Shown piece after piece: positions 26,943-36,165 of a stretch of 64,000 nucleotides of DNA. The DNA is taken from assembly GCA_041671645.1 (NCBI GenBank), contig JBAZBD010000001.1, positions 265,357 to 329,356 on the forward strand, written 5' to 3'. Each line of letters starts with the position of its first letter. Position 1 is the stretch's first letter. The DNA comes from Patescibacteria group bacterium (GTDB lineage Bacteria > Patescibacteriota > UBA1384 > XYA2-FULL-43-10 > 1-14-0-10-43-13). The notes under the pieces are model-generated. The model did no database searches, had not been told where the DNA came from, and worked only from the letters and a program-made list of their open reading frames with translations. The position numbers were made by a program, and so were the translations under genes.

Positions 26943-27107
26943 TTAGTCGCTCTCTCCAGATTTTTCCTTGGATTTTGCATTGATCCACATTATGACCATG
27001 ATAATGATCAAGATTGGCCAACCAAATATCAATCTTCGCATGAGAAGGGACACAAAAGCTAAGCCCAAGATGTAAACGAATGCGATGATTAACAGAAAGG
27101 TTAACAT
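26943..27107 (-). CDS. Small membrane protein (54 aa, two TM helices); below the ORF-track length cutoff
   Basis: MLTFLLIIAFVYILGLAFVSLLMRRLIFGWPILIIIMVIMWINAKSKEKSGESD. AAGGAG RBS 8 nt upstream. Confidence 0.45.
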   Translation of the reverse strand: MLTFLLIIAFVYILGLAFVSLLMRRLIFGWPILIIIMVIMWINAKSKEKSGESD

Positions 27108-27149
27108 GGCATTTCTCCTTCGGCAGGAATTTTCACTGCCAGAATGGAT

Positions 27150-27530
27150 TTAAGCGGGTTGACCTTCCTTGGTCTCGAGTTCGAGTATGGCCTCCCAGGT
27201 CTCGCCCGAAACCGTGATCACGGAAACACCATTCTGGCATTTCATGAGAACATCTTCAGAACTTTGGCGATCGCCTGGCCACAGGAACGTAATGACACTC
27301 GCGATGGCAATGATCACGGATATGATTCCGCATAGGGCGAAAAATATCAGTGTCAACGGCCACCAGATGATGGCCAGATCTGATTCTCCATCGTCGAAGA
27401 TTAGCCCGAGGAATATGACCATTCCGCAGTAGATGCCAAGACTGATGGCTAAAGTGTACATATGATACCTCCAAAAATATTTTCCATCCTTGGATTGGTA
27501 AACAATATAACAAATACCTCTAAATGTCAA
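27150..27530 (-). CDS. Hypothetical membrane protein (2-3 TM) with C-terminal soluble tail
   Basis: Hydrophobic helices. The start may be the internal M at 27462. Confidence 0.4.
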   Translation of the reverse strand: MTFRGICYIVYQSKDGKYFWRYHMYTLAISLGIYCGMVIFLGLIFDDGESDLAIIWWPLTLIFFALCGIISVIIAIASVITFLWPGDRQSSEDVLMKCQNGVSVITVSGETWEAILELETKEGQPA

Positions 27531-27707
27531 GAAATTTCTCTCTGTTCAGCAGTGTTTCGATTGAAAGATTGGAGACATCATGATATTGACCGCAGTTACG
27601 AATTGAATTAAACTGGAGAGGCTCTGGCAGAAAAGGATTGCAGATTAAACAGATAACAGATGAGGCGGTATTATCGGTCATCGGTAAGATCAGCCATCCT
27701 TTTTTGT

Positions 27708-28760
27708 ATGAGAAATCCATTTTCAAAATTATTAGGCCATTTCTCCCATGACATCGGGATTGATTTGGGCACGGCCAACACCCTGATTTATGTCCGAGGG
27801 CGTGGCGTTGTGATTCGCGAACCTTCCGTGGTAGCGATCAACAAGCACACCAAAGATATTTTGGCTGTTGGCGAAGAGGCCAAGCGGATGGTCGGCCGAA
27901 CACCATCTCATATTGTGGCGATCCGCCCGCTGGTGGACGGCGTTATTTCTGACTTTGAAATTACTGAGCAGATGCTCAAATACTTTTTTGATCGAGTTCA
28001 CAGAGAGAAATTTGCTTTCATCCCTCGTCCTCGAGTTGTGATTGGCATACCGCACAACGTTACCGAAGTAGAGCGTCGTGCTGTTGAGGAGGGCGCGATC
28101 AACGCCGGTGCGAGAGAAGTCTATCTAATCGAAGAGCCGATCGCAGCCGCCATCGGGGCCAGATTACCAATCCAGGACGCGTCTGGAAGCATGATTATTG
28201 ATATTGGTGGAGGCACGACCGAAGTGGCGATTATCTCTCTCGGTGGTGTGGTCGCTTCACGCTCACTCAGAATCGCTGGGGACGAAATGAACGAAGATAT
28301 TATTCAATATGCTAGAGACAAGTTTAATCTCCTTCTGGGCGAGCGAACGGCCGAGGATATCAAAATCAAAATCGGTAGTGCCATGGAGATGAAAGAAAAA
28401 CTTGAGGCTCCCATGCGTGGGCGGGACTTGGTAACAGGACTGCCCAAGGAAATTATCGTGAGCGACACTCAGATTCGAGAAGCGATCAAGAAATCAGTAA
28501 ATCAGATATTGGAAAGTATTCGTGCGACGATGGAAGAATCTCCGCCAGAATTACTTGCCGATATTATGGATCGCGGAATTGTTCTCTCCGGCGGCGGCGC
28601 GCTCTTGCGTGGGCTTGACCATCGAATCGCGATCGAGACTCAAACTCAGGTTATCATCGCTGACGACCCGCTGACCGGGGTGGTCCGAGGTACGGGAATG
28701 GTCCTGGAGGATATCGAGATGCTTCATGATGTCCTGTTGCCAAGAGAATTTAATCGATAG
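27708..28760 (+). CDS. mreB: Rod-shape determining actin homolog MreB
   Basis: FSHDIGIDLGTANTLIYVRGRGVVIREPSVVAI...IDIGGGTTEVAIIS, with a close match to the E. coli MreB N-terminus. The start is placed at the second ATG. Confidence 0.9.
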   Translation: MRNPFSKLLGHFSHDIGIDLGTANTLIYVRGRGVVIREPSVVAINKHTKDILAVGEEAKRMVGRTPSHIVAIRPLVDGVISDFEITEQMLKYFFDRVHREKFAFIPRPRVVIGIPHNVTEVERRAVEEGAINAGAREVYLIEEPIAAAIGARLPIQDASGSMIIDIGGGTTEVAIISLGGVVASRSLRIAGDEMNEDIIQYARDKFNLLLGERTAEDIKIKIGSAMEMKEKLEAPMRGRDLVTGLPKEIIVSDTQIREAIKKSVNQILESIRATMEESPPELLADIMDRGIVLSGGGALLRGLDHRIAIETQTQVIIADDPLTGVVRGTGMVLEDIEMLHDVLLPREFNR

Positions 28761-28762
28761 AG

Positions 28763-29548
28763 ATGAACAAAAGAGCCAAACAATTGATCATGTCATTTGT
28801 CATTTTGCTCCTCTGCCTGATTGTATTCTATGGGCCGATCAAGCAGGTCTTTCGAGGTGCGTTTTCGGCTTCAACTCGATCCACTCGCGGTTTTCTGGCC
28901 CAAAGCGGCATGAACTTCCGGCACAGCTTTGACTTCATTTTCAAGATTAAGGATCTAAGAAATGAAAATGAAGAACTCTCCAATAAATTACTTCAGCTAG
29001 AAGTTGATCACAGTTATACTGCCGAGCTCGAGATTGAAAATGCAATGCTGAAAAAGGAGCTCGGTTTCCTGTCTGAAGCAGAAAAGGGAAGCCTCGTCCC
29101 AGCTCGAATTATCCAGCGCGACCCGATCGCTTTCTTGGACTATATCGTCATAGACAAAGGGGAGAAGGACGGTATCGCTCTCAGGGCGGCCGTGGTCTAC
29201 AACAATGTCCTGGTCGGACAGGTAAGCGAAGTTTTTTCGACTTCCGCCCGAGTTACTTTGATCACGAGCAAAGATTCAATGGTGCAGGCGATGCTTCAAA
29301 ATTCTCGATCAAATGGGCTTCTCAAAGGTGGCATTTCTGGTCTATATATTGATAATATTGTCTTGGATACCGAATATGTGGCAGGGGAGAATATTATAAC
29401 ATCCGGGCTCGGCGGGACGATGAAACAGGGGATTTTGATCGGGACGGCCGGCAAAGTCGAATCATATTCGTCGGGAATTTTCAAAAGCATCGAAGTCCAG
29501 CCATTGGTAGATTTGTCAAAATTAGAGATGGTATTTGTAGAAAAATGA
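28763..29548 (+). CDS. mreC: Rod-shape determining protein MreC
   Basis: N-terminal TM, a coiled-coil (NEELSNKLLQLEVD...ENAMLKKELGF) and a beta-barrel domain. Lies immediately after mreB. Confidence 0.7.
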   Translation: MNKRAKQLIMSFVILLLCLIVFYGPIKQVFRGAFSASTRSTRGFLAQSGMNFRHSFDFIFKIKDLRNENEELSNKLLQLEVDHSYTAELEIENAMLKKELGFLSEAEKGSLVPARIIQRDPIAFLDYIVIDKGEKDGIALRAAVVYNNVLVGQVSEVFSTSARVTLITSKDSMVQAMLQNSRSNGLLKGGISGLYIDNIVLDTEYVAGENIITSGLGGTMKQGILIGTAGKVESYSSGIFKSIEVQPLVDLSKLEMVFVEK

Positions 29549-30048
29549 ATTATTTCAAAAACATCATTATCATTTTAGCATCGTTCCTGACGGTATTGTT
29601 TGACGTCGCGTTTTTCTCAAATTTCCAATTTTTCGAAGCGAATGTTCTCTCTTGTGTCGCTATCCTGTTTACGCTCGCGATTTTTGACAAGAAAGGACGC
29701 TGGCTTCTTTTGTACGCTCTCTCCACAGTATTTTTCTTTGCGATTCTGTCCTCATTGCCCTTGTGGGTGATTCTGCTTGATTTCCTCCTCTTGCCAGTAT
29801 TTCTCAACTTGATCCGCCGCCGCTTTTTCCCAGAACCAAATGTTTTCACCCTGCTGTTTTTCTCAATACCCTTCCTAGCCTTACTGGGGACAGTTATCCT
29901 GGCTAGCGCTACCGAATTCAGCTTTCCGGTACTGAAAGTCCTACTGGCCTTCGTGGTCGCCAACCAGGTGTTAGTATCGCTTGTCGCTGGATTTTATTTG
30001 TTGGTGGGAAATTTTTATCTCAAAAGAATTGGTTTTATCAAAACTTGA
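29545..30048 (+). CDS. mreD: Rod-shape determining protein MreD-like polytopic membrane protein
   Basis: 167 aa with 4-5 TM helices. Overlaps mreC and pbp2 by 4 nt each, consistent with the mreBCD-mrdA order. Confidence 0.5.
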   Translation: MNYFKNIIIILASFLTVLFDVAFFSNFQFFEANVLSCVAILFTLAIFDKKGRWLLLYALSTVFFFAILSSLPLWVILLDFLLLPVFLNLIRRRFFPEPNVFTLLFFSIPFLALLGTVILASATEFSFPVLKVLLAFVVANQVLVSLVAGFYLLVGNFYLKRIGFIKT

Positions 30049-31988
30049 ATATGGATATTTTTGGAAATTTCTACAAACTCAAGGGCGACAAAGAAGTTAG
30101 AAAAGTTCAGTCTAAGGCTGAGCTTGATTTTTCGTATTCAGATGTCGCCTCGCTTCCGGTGGGCAAGATCGAGAGCGTGGCCAAGCCTGTTTCTCTCAAA
30201 ATATTTCAAATCGTCATAGTCTTGGCCTTTGCGCTTTTGCTCGGTCGTCTTTTCACGATCCAGGTGACCAAGGGAGAAATCAACCAAAAGTTGGCCGAGG
30301 GCAACCGAATTCGTCCTCGTATTCTCGAGGCGGCCAGGGGAATTATTTCTGATGCCAACGGTGTCTGGCTGGCTCGAAACCGTGCCTCCTTTGCCTTGGC
30401 GGTTTACCCCTCCGATCTGCCGAAGAATAAGGTGGAGCGTGAGCAGATCTATGCTCGGCTTGCCGAATTAACTGGCCTTGCCGCGGCTGAGATCAAGACT
30501 GAAGCAGAGAAAAATACTCTGGCTTCACTCGATGAAGTGATTATCAAAGATAATATTTCGCATGACGATGCGCTGATTTTGGAAGAGAAGGCCAACGGTT
30601 TGCAGGGCGTTTTTGTGGCCAAGAAGCCGACGAGGGAATATCAGAGCGTCGCGGGGATGGCTCATCTTTTGGGTTATACCGGTATCATTTCGGAGAATAA
30701 TTTGAAGGAGCATCCAGAGTATTATTCCTCAGACAAGATCGGCAAGACTGGCCTCGAGGCGACTTATGAGGATTATCTGCGGGGTGTACACGGCATAGAG
30801 CAGATGGAGGTTGATTCGAAGGGTAATGTCGTCAAGATTTTGGTCAAAGAGGAGAATCAGCAACCAGTGTCGGGTGACAATCTGGTTCTGAACCTCGACT
30901 TTGATCTACAAACGAAAGCGGCGGAGGCATTGCAAAGGGGATTGGACTCGGCCAAGGCGGCGACTCAGGTAGAAGCTCTGGGCGGAGTGGTCGCAATAAT
31001 GGACGTGAACAGCGGTGCAGTTAAATCCTTGGTTTCACTGCCTAGCTACGATAATAATATTTTTTCTACCAAGATTAGCGCAATTGATTATCAAACAATA
31101 ATCAATGACCCGAATCTGCCGATGTTTAACCGCGCCACCATGGGGGTTTACCCTCCTGGGTCAGTTTCAAAGATTATTTTGGCCTCTGCCGGGCTGGCTG
31201 AGGGCACTATCACCAAGAATACTTCGATTGTGACACCGGCGGCCATTACGATTGGCGAATATGTTTTCCCAGACTGGAAAGACCACAGTTACGAATCGAC
31301 CAACGTTGAGCGCGCAATTGCCGAGTCCAACAATGTATTTTTCTATTCACTAGGTGGCGGGTATGACAAGATCAAGGGCTTGGGTATCGACAAGATCAAG
31401 AAATATTGGCAATTGTTTGGCTTGGGTCAGCCGACTGGAATTGATCTGACCAGCGAGGCGAGTGGTCTCTTGCCTGACGCAGCTTGGAAAAAGAAGGTTC
31501 AGAATCTGCCATGGTATTTGGGTGATACTTATCATGCCTCGATCGGCCAGGGCGATCTATTAGTGACTCCCTTGCAAATGCTTCGGGCGACTGCGGCTAT
31601 AGCGAACGGGGGCAAATTAATCAGTCCGCAGATCGTGAACAGAGTGGTGGCACCCGACGGCCAAGTCGTGAAAACTTTTGAGCCTCGGGTAGAGAATCCT
31701 AGTGTGGTGCCTGCCGACGTAATCAAAACAGTCCAGGAGGGCATGCGACTGACAATTACCGACGGCTCGGCCCGTAATCTTAGCGATTTGCCCTTCTCTG
31801 TTGCCGGCAAAACTGGCACAGCCCAGTTTCTAAACAATCAGAAGACCCATGCTTGGTTTGAGGCCTACGCGCCATACGAAAATCCAGAAATCGCAATATT
31901 AGTAATGGTCGAAGGTGGAGGCGGCGGTCACGAAATCGCCGCTCCGGTAGCAAAAGAAATTTTGCAGTACTATTTTAGTAAAAAGTAA
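30045..31988 (+). CDS. mrdA: Penicillin-binding protein 2 (elongasome transpeptidase)
   Basis: N-terminal TM, dimerisation domain and transpeptidase motifs SxxK (PPGSVSK), SxN and KTGTAQ. Confidence 0.85.
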   Translation: MNMDIFGNFYKLKGDKEVRKVQSKAELDFSYSDVASLPVGKIESVAKPVSLKIFQIVIVLAFALLLGRLFTIQVTKGEINQKLAEGNRIRPRILEAARGIISDANGVWLARNRASFALAVYPSDLPKNKVEREQIYARLAELTGLAAAEIKTEAEKNTLASLDEVIIKDNISHDDALILEEKANGLQGVFVAKKPTREYQSVAGMAHLLGYTGIISENNLKEHPEYYSSDKIGKTGLEATYEDYLRGVHGIEQMEVDSKGNVVKILVKEENQQPVSGDNLVLNLDFDLQTKAAEALQRGLDSAKAATQVEALGGVVAIMDVNSGAVKSLVSLPSYDNNIFSTKISAIDYQTIINDPNLPMFNRATMGVYPPGSVSKIILASAGLAEGTITKNTSIVTPAAITIGEYVFPDWKDHSYESTNVERAIAESNNVFFYSLGGGYDKIKGLGIDKIKKYWQLFGLGQPTGIDLTSEASGLLPDAAWKKKVQNLPWYLGDTYHASIGQGDLLVTPLQMLRATAAIANGGKLISPQIVNRVVAPDGQVVKTFEPRVENPSVVPADVIKTVQEGMRLTITDGSARNLSDLPFSVAGKTGTAQFLNNQKTHAWFEAYAPYENPEIAILVMVEGGGGGHEIAAPVAKEILQYYFSKK

Positions 31989-32059
31989 GTTGATTTTCCG
32001 TGCTCGATATTGTAAGTTCTCTCTAGGGAACCAAATTTTTGGCTTGAAAGGAGCAAATT

Positions 32060-32641
32060 ATGGCTAAGCTTGCGTTACTGTCCGTCTACAATAAGGACGG
32101 CATTGTCGAGTTTGCTAAGTCGTTAATCGAACTTGGCTTTTCAATCATCTCTTCTGGCGGCACTGCCAAGTGTCTGCAGGAGAATGGTGTTGAGACTTCT
32201 CTTGTCGCTGACTTAGTCGGCGGCGGTCCGATCCTCGGTCACCGTGTTGTCACTCTTTCGCGGGAAATACACGCAGCGCTTCTGGCTACCGAGAAAGATA
32301 GCGAAGAGCTGGCGGAGCTGGGCATTCCTCGGATCGATCTGGTCTGCGTCGATCTTTACCCACTACAGGATGAGATTGACAGACCTGGTGCCACTCTGGA
32401 ATCGATCATCGAGATGACTGATATCGGCGGTCCGTGCATGCTGCGCTCAGCTGCCAAGGGCAATCGCATCGTCATCTCCGACTTTGCTCAGCGAGTGAAG
32501 GTTCTCAAATGGCTTAAAGATGGTGAACCAAATCCTGAATTCATCCGGAACAGCCTTGCAATCAGGGCCGAGGAAATCGTTGCTTATTATTGCTTGGTTT
32601 CCGCAAAGGCCAGACGCGATCATGCACCCGATTTTGATTAA
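32060..32641 (+). CDS. Stand-alone PurH N-terminal (MGS-like / IMP cyclohydrolase) domain protein
   Basis: LALLSVYNKDGIVEFAKSLIELGFSIISSGGTAKCL...IDLVCVDLYPLQ...TDIGGPCMLRSAAKGN matches the PurH IMPCH domain. No AICAR-formyltransferase domain follows; the protein ends at 193 aa. Confidence 0.65.
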   Translation: MAKLALLSVYNKDGIVEFAKSLIELGFSIISSGGTAKCLQENGVETSLVADLVGGGPILGHRVVTLSREIHAALLATEKDSEELAELGIPRIDLVCVDLYPLQDEIDRPGATLESIIEMTDIGGPCMLRSAAKGNRIVISDFAQRVKVLKWLKDGEPNPEFIRNSLAIRAEEIVAYYCLVSAKARRDHAPDFD

Positions 32642-32747
32642 GCTAAACTCTGAGGCTAGTTAAGTATATCTTGCTAGCCTATTTTATTTGGCAAAAATAA
32701 AAATCCCCCGCCAGCTAATGCTGTGGGGGTGGGAGTGGAGGAAGAAA

Positions 32748-33899
32748 TTATCCTGCAACCCAGCCGTTGAGGCCGTGTTCCTGTTGAGCGGAGTGGGAGC
32801 AGATGTAGAAATCTGCATATTCCCAGAGTTTTTCAATCCGCTGGCATCCTTGCGCGTACATTCCTTCAACGATTGCGGCTTGCATTTCTGCAATTTTGTC
32901 GCTGATAGGACCACAGGCGGGAACCCAGATCTCTCCGCCGGCCGGCAGACGGGTATTTTTCAACCCGTGATATTCGCGCTGCTTGAGCTTGAGCGAGTGC
33001 TCGATTTCTTTCGGCGAGCCCATGCCACTATAGAGGCAGAACTCCTTACTTTTCCATTTTCCGAAATATCGATGGTACCGTTCGGGGACATCTTCTTTGC
33101 GAAATCGTTTGCGTGGAGCGGGCGATTCGTCGCATCCCGCGAACTGATTCCCCATCATTACTGCACTGGCGCCGAGGGCCAGAGCGATAACGATCTGTCC
33201 GTTTGTCTCGATCCCTCCGTCTGCAATAAGTTGCACTGACCGATTACTAACGGCCAAGGCTCGAGCAACCTCGCGAATGGCGGTTGCTTGGGGCACGCCG
33301 TTTCCGGTCTGTGTCCGATATATACAAATATGGCCGGGACCAATCCCAACACGCAATGTGCTGGCGCCTGCGTCTATTAGGTAAGAGGCGGCGTCGTAAG
33401 TGGCAATATTCCCACCCATCGTTACAATATGAGGGAATTCTTGTTTCAGGGCACTAACCACTTTGCAGACTTGAGCAAGCGAGTCGCCGTACCAGTCTGC
33501 GTCTGCGTCGGCCGTGTCGCCGAGGATCAAGTCGGCGCCTGCTTTTACGGCTCTTTCGACCAGCCGCATCAGTTTGAGAAACTCTGTTCCGTCTCGATAG
33601 CTCAAGTCTAGAGCCACCCCAACAGGGACTTCGTGTTGTTTGGCCCGAAAGATTGTCTCAATCAGGTCATCGGGAAGATATGAACGGGGCAAAATACCAA
33701 GTGCGCCAGCTCTACCGGCCGCAATTGTAGTTTCAAGCCCTGTTACGGATCGCATCGGTGAAGTGATGATTGGAACTCGGAGTTGCAATTTTCTGTCCAA
33801 ATTAATTGATGTATCAACTTGGGCAGGGAATATTGAGCTGTGCCGTGGTTTCAATATCAAATCGCCGTAAGAATATCCTGGGTCAAATTTTGTTGGCAT
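32748..33899 (-). CDS. IMP dehydrogenase / GMP reductase family TIM-barrel protein without CBS pair
   Basis: Catalytic Cys loop GIGPGHICIYRTQTG, IADGGI and GASAVMMG. No CBS subdomain insertion. Confidence 0.7.
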   Translation of the reverse strand: MPTKFDPGYSYGDLILKPRHSSIFPAQVDTSINLDRKLQLRVPIITSPMRSVTGLETTIAAGRAGALGILPRSYLPDDLIETIFRAKQHEVPVGVALDLSYRDGTEFLKLMRLVERAVKAGADLILGDTADADADWYGDSLAQVCKVVSALKQEFPHIVTMGGNIATYDAASYLIDAGASTLRVGIGPGHICIYRTQTGNGVPQATAIREVARALAVSNRSVQLIADGGIETNGQIVIALALGASAVMMGNQFAGCDESPAPRKRFRKEDVPERYHRYFGKWKSKEFCLYSGMGSPKEIEHSLKLKQREYHGLKNTRLPAGGEIWVPACGPISDKIAEMQAAIVEGMYAQGCQRIEKLWEYADFYICSHSAQQEHGLNGWVAG

Positions 33900-34120
33900 T
33901 GTGCCATACCTCCTCTCGCAGTCTCGCGGATATTAGAAGGATAATAGCACAATTAAGCGTTATTGCAACTTTTGATTGATTGGGAGAGATGCTCTGACCT
34001 GGCATTTTCTCTCTCAAACTATTGACAAAAGTGATCTAGTTTGAGAAACTGGTGGCGAATTTATAAGGGGTTCTGCCGCACGATTAGTCGTGTGACAATT
34101 TTTTTAGAAAGGGTCCGAAA

Positions 34121-34573
34121 ATGAGCAATTACGTCACAAAAGAAGGTCTGGAAAAACTGAAAATCCAGCTCGAGGAAACTAGGAACAAATTAAAAGAAAC
34201 CAGTATCAAGATCAAAGAAGCTCGCGAACTTGGTGATCTTTCAGAAAACGCTGAATATCACGAAGCCAAGAACGAGCAGTCTTTTTTGATGGGCAAAGAA
34301 GCCGAACTTGATCAAAAAATAAAGAATGCACAGGTAATCGAAAAATCAGGCAAGACTGATGTTATCATGGTTGGCTCGACTGTGAAGATTGACGATGATG
34401 GTGAAATCATGGAGTACGCACTTGTCGGATCTGACGAAGCTGACCCGATGAAGGGTATGATCTCAGTCGATTCTCCAATCGGCGCATCATTGATCGGTCA
34501 CAAGAAGGGCGACAGCATCGAAGTGAAAACTCCAGGCGGAAGCTCAATGTGCAAGATCATTAGCGTCAGCTAA
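34121..34573 (+). CDS. greA: Transcription elongation factor GreA
   Basis: YVTKEGLEKLKIQLEETRN..., a coiled-coil N-domain and an FKBP-like C-domain (VGSTVKIDDDG). Confidence 0.85.
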   Translation: MSNYVTKEGLEKLKIQLEETRNKLKETSIKIKEARELGDLSENAEYHEAKNEQSFLMGKEAELDQKIKNAQVIEKSGKTDVIMVGSTVKIDDDGEIMEYALVGSDEADPMKGMISVDSPIGASLIGHKKGDSIEVKTPGGSSMCKIISVS

Positions 34574-34580
34574 AGCTTCG

Positions 34581-34645
34581 CCATAAGGGATTACCCCGAA
34601 GGGGACCCTTCGGGTCGGATTGAACAAATTACGAATACTATACGA
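34581..34645 (+). promoter_or_regulatory. Conserved twin-hairpin leader motif, copy B (between greA and lysS)
   Basis: CCATAAGGGATTACCCCGAAGGGGACCCTTCGGGTCGGATT...AAATTACGAATACTAT. Same stems as copy A; only the loops differ. Confidence 0.5.
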
Positions 34646-34646
34646 A

Positions 34647-34676
34647 AACAGCGGCTCTTGGGCCGTTGTTTTTTGT
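34647..34676 (+). terminator. Putative terminator after greA
   Basis: CAGCGGC-TCTTGG-GCCGTTG (one G-U pair) followed by TTTTTT. Confidence 0.45.
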
Positions 34677-34723
34677 CGCGAGCTCTTTGCTTCATTTCCA
34701 TTTTCATTTATGCTATAAATTAA

Positions 34724-34766
34724 ATAAGTCCGTAAAGTCCATAAAGTTCGTAAAGTCATAAAGTTC
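34724..34766. repeat. WAAAGTY-family tandem array immediately upstream of lysS
   Basis: ATAAGTCCGTAAAGTCCATAAAGTTCGTAAAGTCATAAAGTTC. Confidence 0.55.
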
Positions 34767-34776
34767 AAGGAATAAA

Positions 34777-36150
34777 ATGCCACAAGATTTGGGTGCGACC
34801 GAAAAAGAGCTTATCGAAAATAGAAAAAGCAAGATCTCTGATCTTATCAAGTTGGGAGTAGATCCATTCCCTTCCGAAACCGGAAGAAACACCACTGCCG
34901 CCGAGATTATTGACCAGCAGGATACATTGATCAAATCAGAAAAAGAAGTGACTGCGGCTGGCCGTATTATGGCTCGTAGGGGGCATGGCAAGCTTTGCTT
35001 CGTTGATTTAGTTGACGAGTCGGGCAAAATCCAGGCGGTGCTTCGAGCGGACTTCCTACCAGAAAAAGATTTGGAAGTTGTCGCTCTGCTCGATGCTGGC
35101 GACTTTCTAGAGGTTACTGGCAAAGTTTTCGTGACCAAAGCAGGGGAGCTTTCGATCGAAGCTCATGCGGCCAAGATTTTGACCAAGTCAATCCGTCCGC
35201 TTCCCGAGCAGTGGTTTGGCCTGAAAGACGTCGAGACGAGATACCGAGAGCGTTATGTCGATCTGATTGTCAACTCAGAAGTCAAAGAGAAGTTTTATAT
35301 TCGGTCCAAAGTCATCCAATCATTACGCGAATTCCTTATTGGCCAGGGCTTTATGGAAGTAGATACGCCTGTTCTCCAACCAATTCCTGGCGGAGCCTCA
35401 GCAAAGCCATTTCAGACCCATTACAACGCCTATGAGACGGATGTATTTCTGCGGATTGCACCAGAGCTATATTTGAAGAGATTGGTCGTCGGAGGATTTG
35501 AAAAAGTTTTCGAATTCGCCCGAAGCTTTCGCAATGAAGGTGTTGATGCGACTCACAACCCTGAGTTTACAAATCTCGAATTCTATTGGGCCTATGCTGA
35601 TTATGAGAAATTGATGAATCTGACTGAAGAGATGATCCGTTCTGTTGTTAAATCAATCAATGGCGGAAAGCTTGAGATGGAGCTCGATGGCAAGCAGATT
35701 GATTTTGGCCAAAAATTCACAAGAGTTACATTTGACGAGTTAACCCACGGGCAGAATACTGACGCTGCATTTAAGGAAGGCGTAGCTAAGATTGTGGCTC
35801 CAACATTTGTGACCAACCATCCGACTGAGCTTATTCCGTTGGCCAAGAGAAACGCCAAGAATCCAGAGGTTGTCGACACTTTCCAGCTTGTTATAAATGG
35901 CTTGGAGATGGCCAAAGCTTTCTCGGAGCTGAACGACCCTGTTGACCAAAGAAACAGATTTGAGGCGCAGATGAAACTTCGCGAGAAGGGCGACCAGGAA
36001 GCTCAGCTGATTGACGAGGATTTCCTAAAGGCGATAGAATATGGCATGCCACCGACGGCTGGGTTCGGTATCGGGGTAGACCGCTTCGTCAGATTGCTCA
36101 CAAATTCGAAAACCTTGAGAGAGATATTATTCTTCCCATTCATGAAATAA
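34777..36150 (+). CDS. lysS: Lysyl-tRNA synthetase (class II)
   Basis: OB-fold anticodon-binding N-domain and class II motifs (FRNEG, GGFEKVFEF, GMPPTAGFGIGVDR). Confidence 0.9.
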   Translation: MPQDLGATEKELIENRKSKISDLIKLGVDPFPSETGRNTTAAEIIDQQDTLIKSEKEVTAAGRIMARRGHGKLCFVDLVDESGKIQAVLRADFLPEKDLEVVALLDAGDFLEVTGKVFVTKAGELSIEAHAAKILTKSIRPLPEQWFGLKDVETRYRERYVDLIVNSEVKEKFYIRSKVIQSLREFLIGQGFMEVDTPVLQPIPGGASAKPFQTHYNAYETDVFLRIAPELYLKRLVVGGFEKVFEFARSFRNEGVDATHNPEFTNLEFYWAYADYEKLMNLTEEMIRSVVKSINGGKLEMELDGKQIDFGQKFTRVTFDELTHGQNTDAAFKEGVAKIVAPTFVTNHPTELIPLAKRNAKNPEVVDTFQLVINGLEMAKAFSELNDPVDQRNRFEAQMKLREKGDQEAQLIDEDFLKAIEYGMPPTAGFGIGVDRFVRLLTNSKTLREILFFPFMK

Positions 36151-36165
36151 AAACATTGGAGATGT

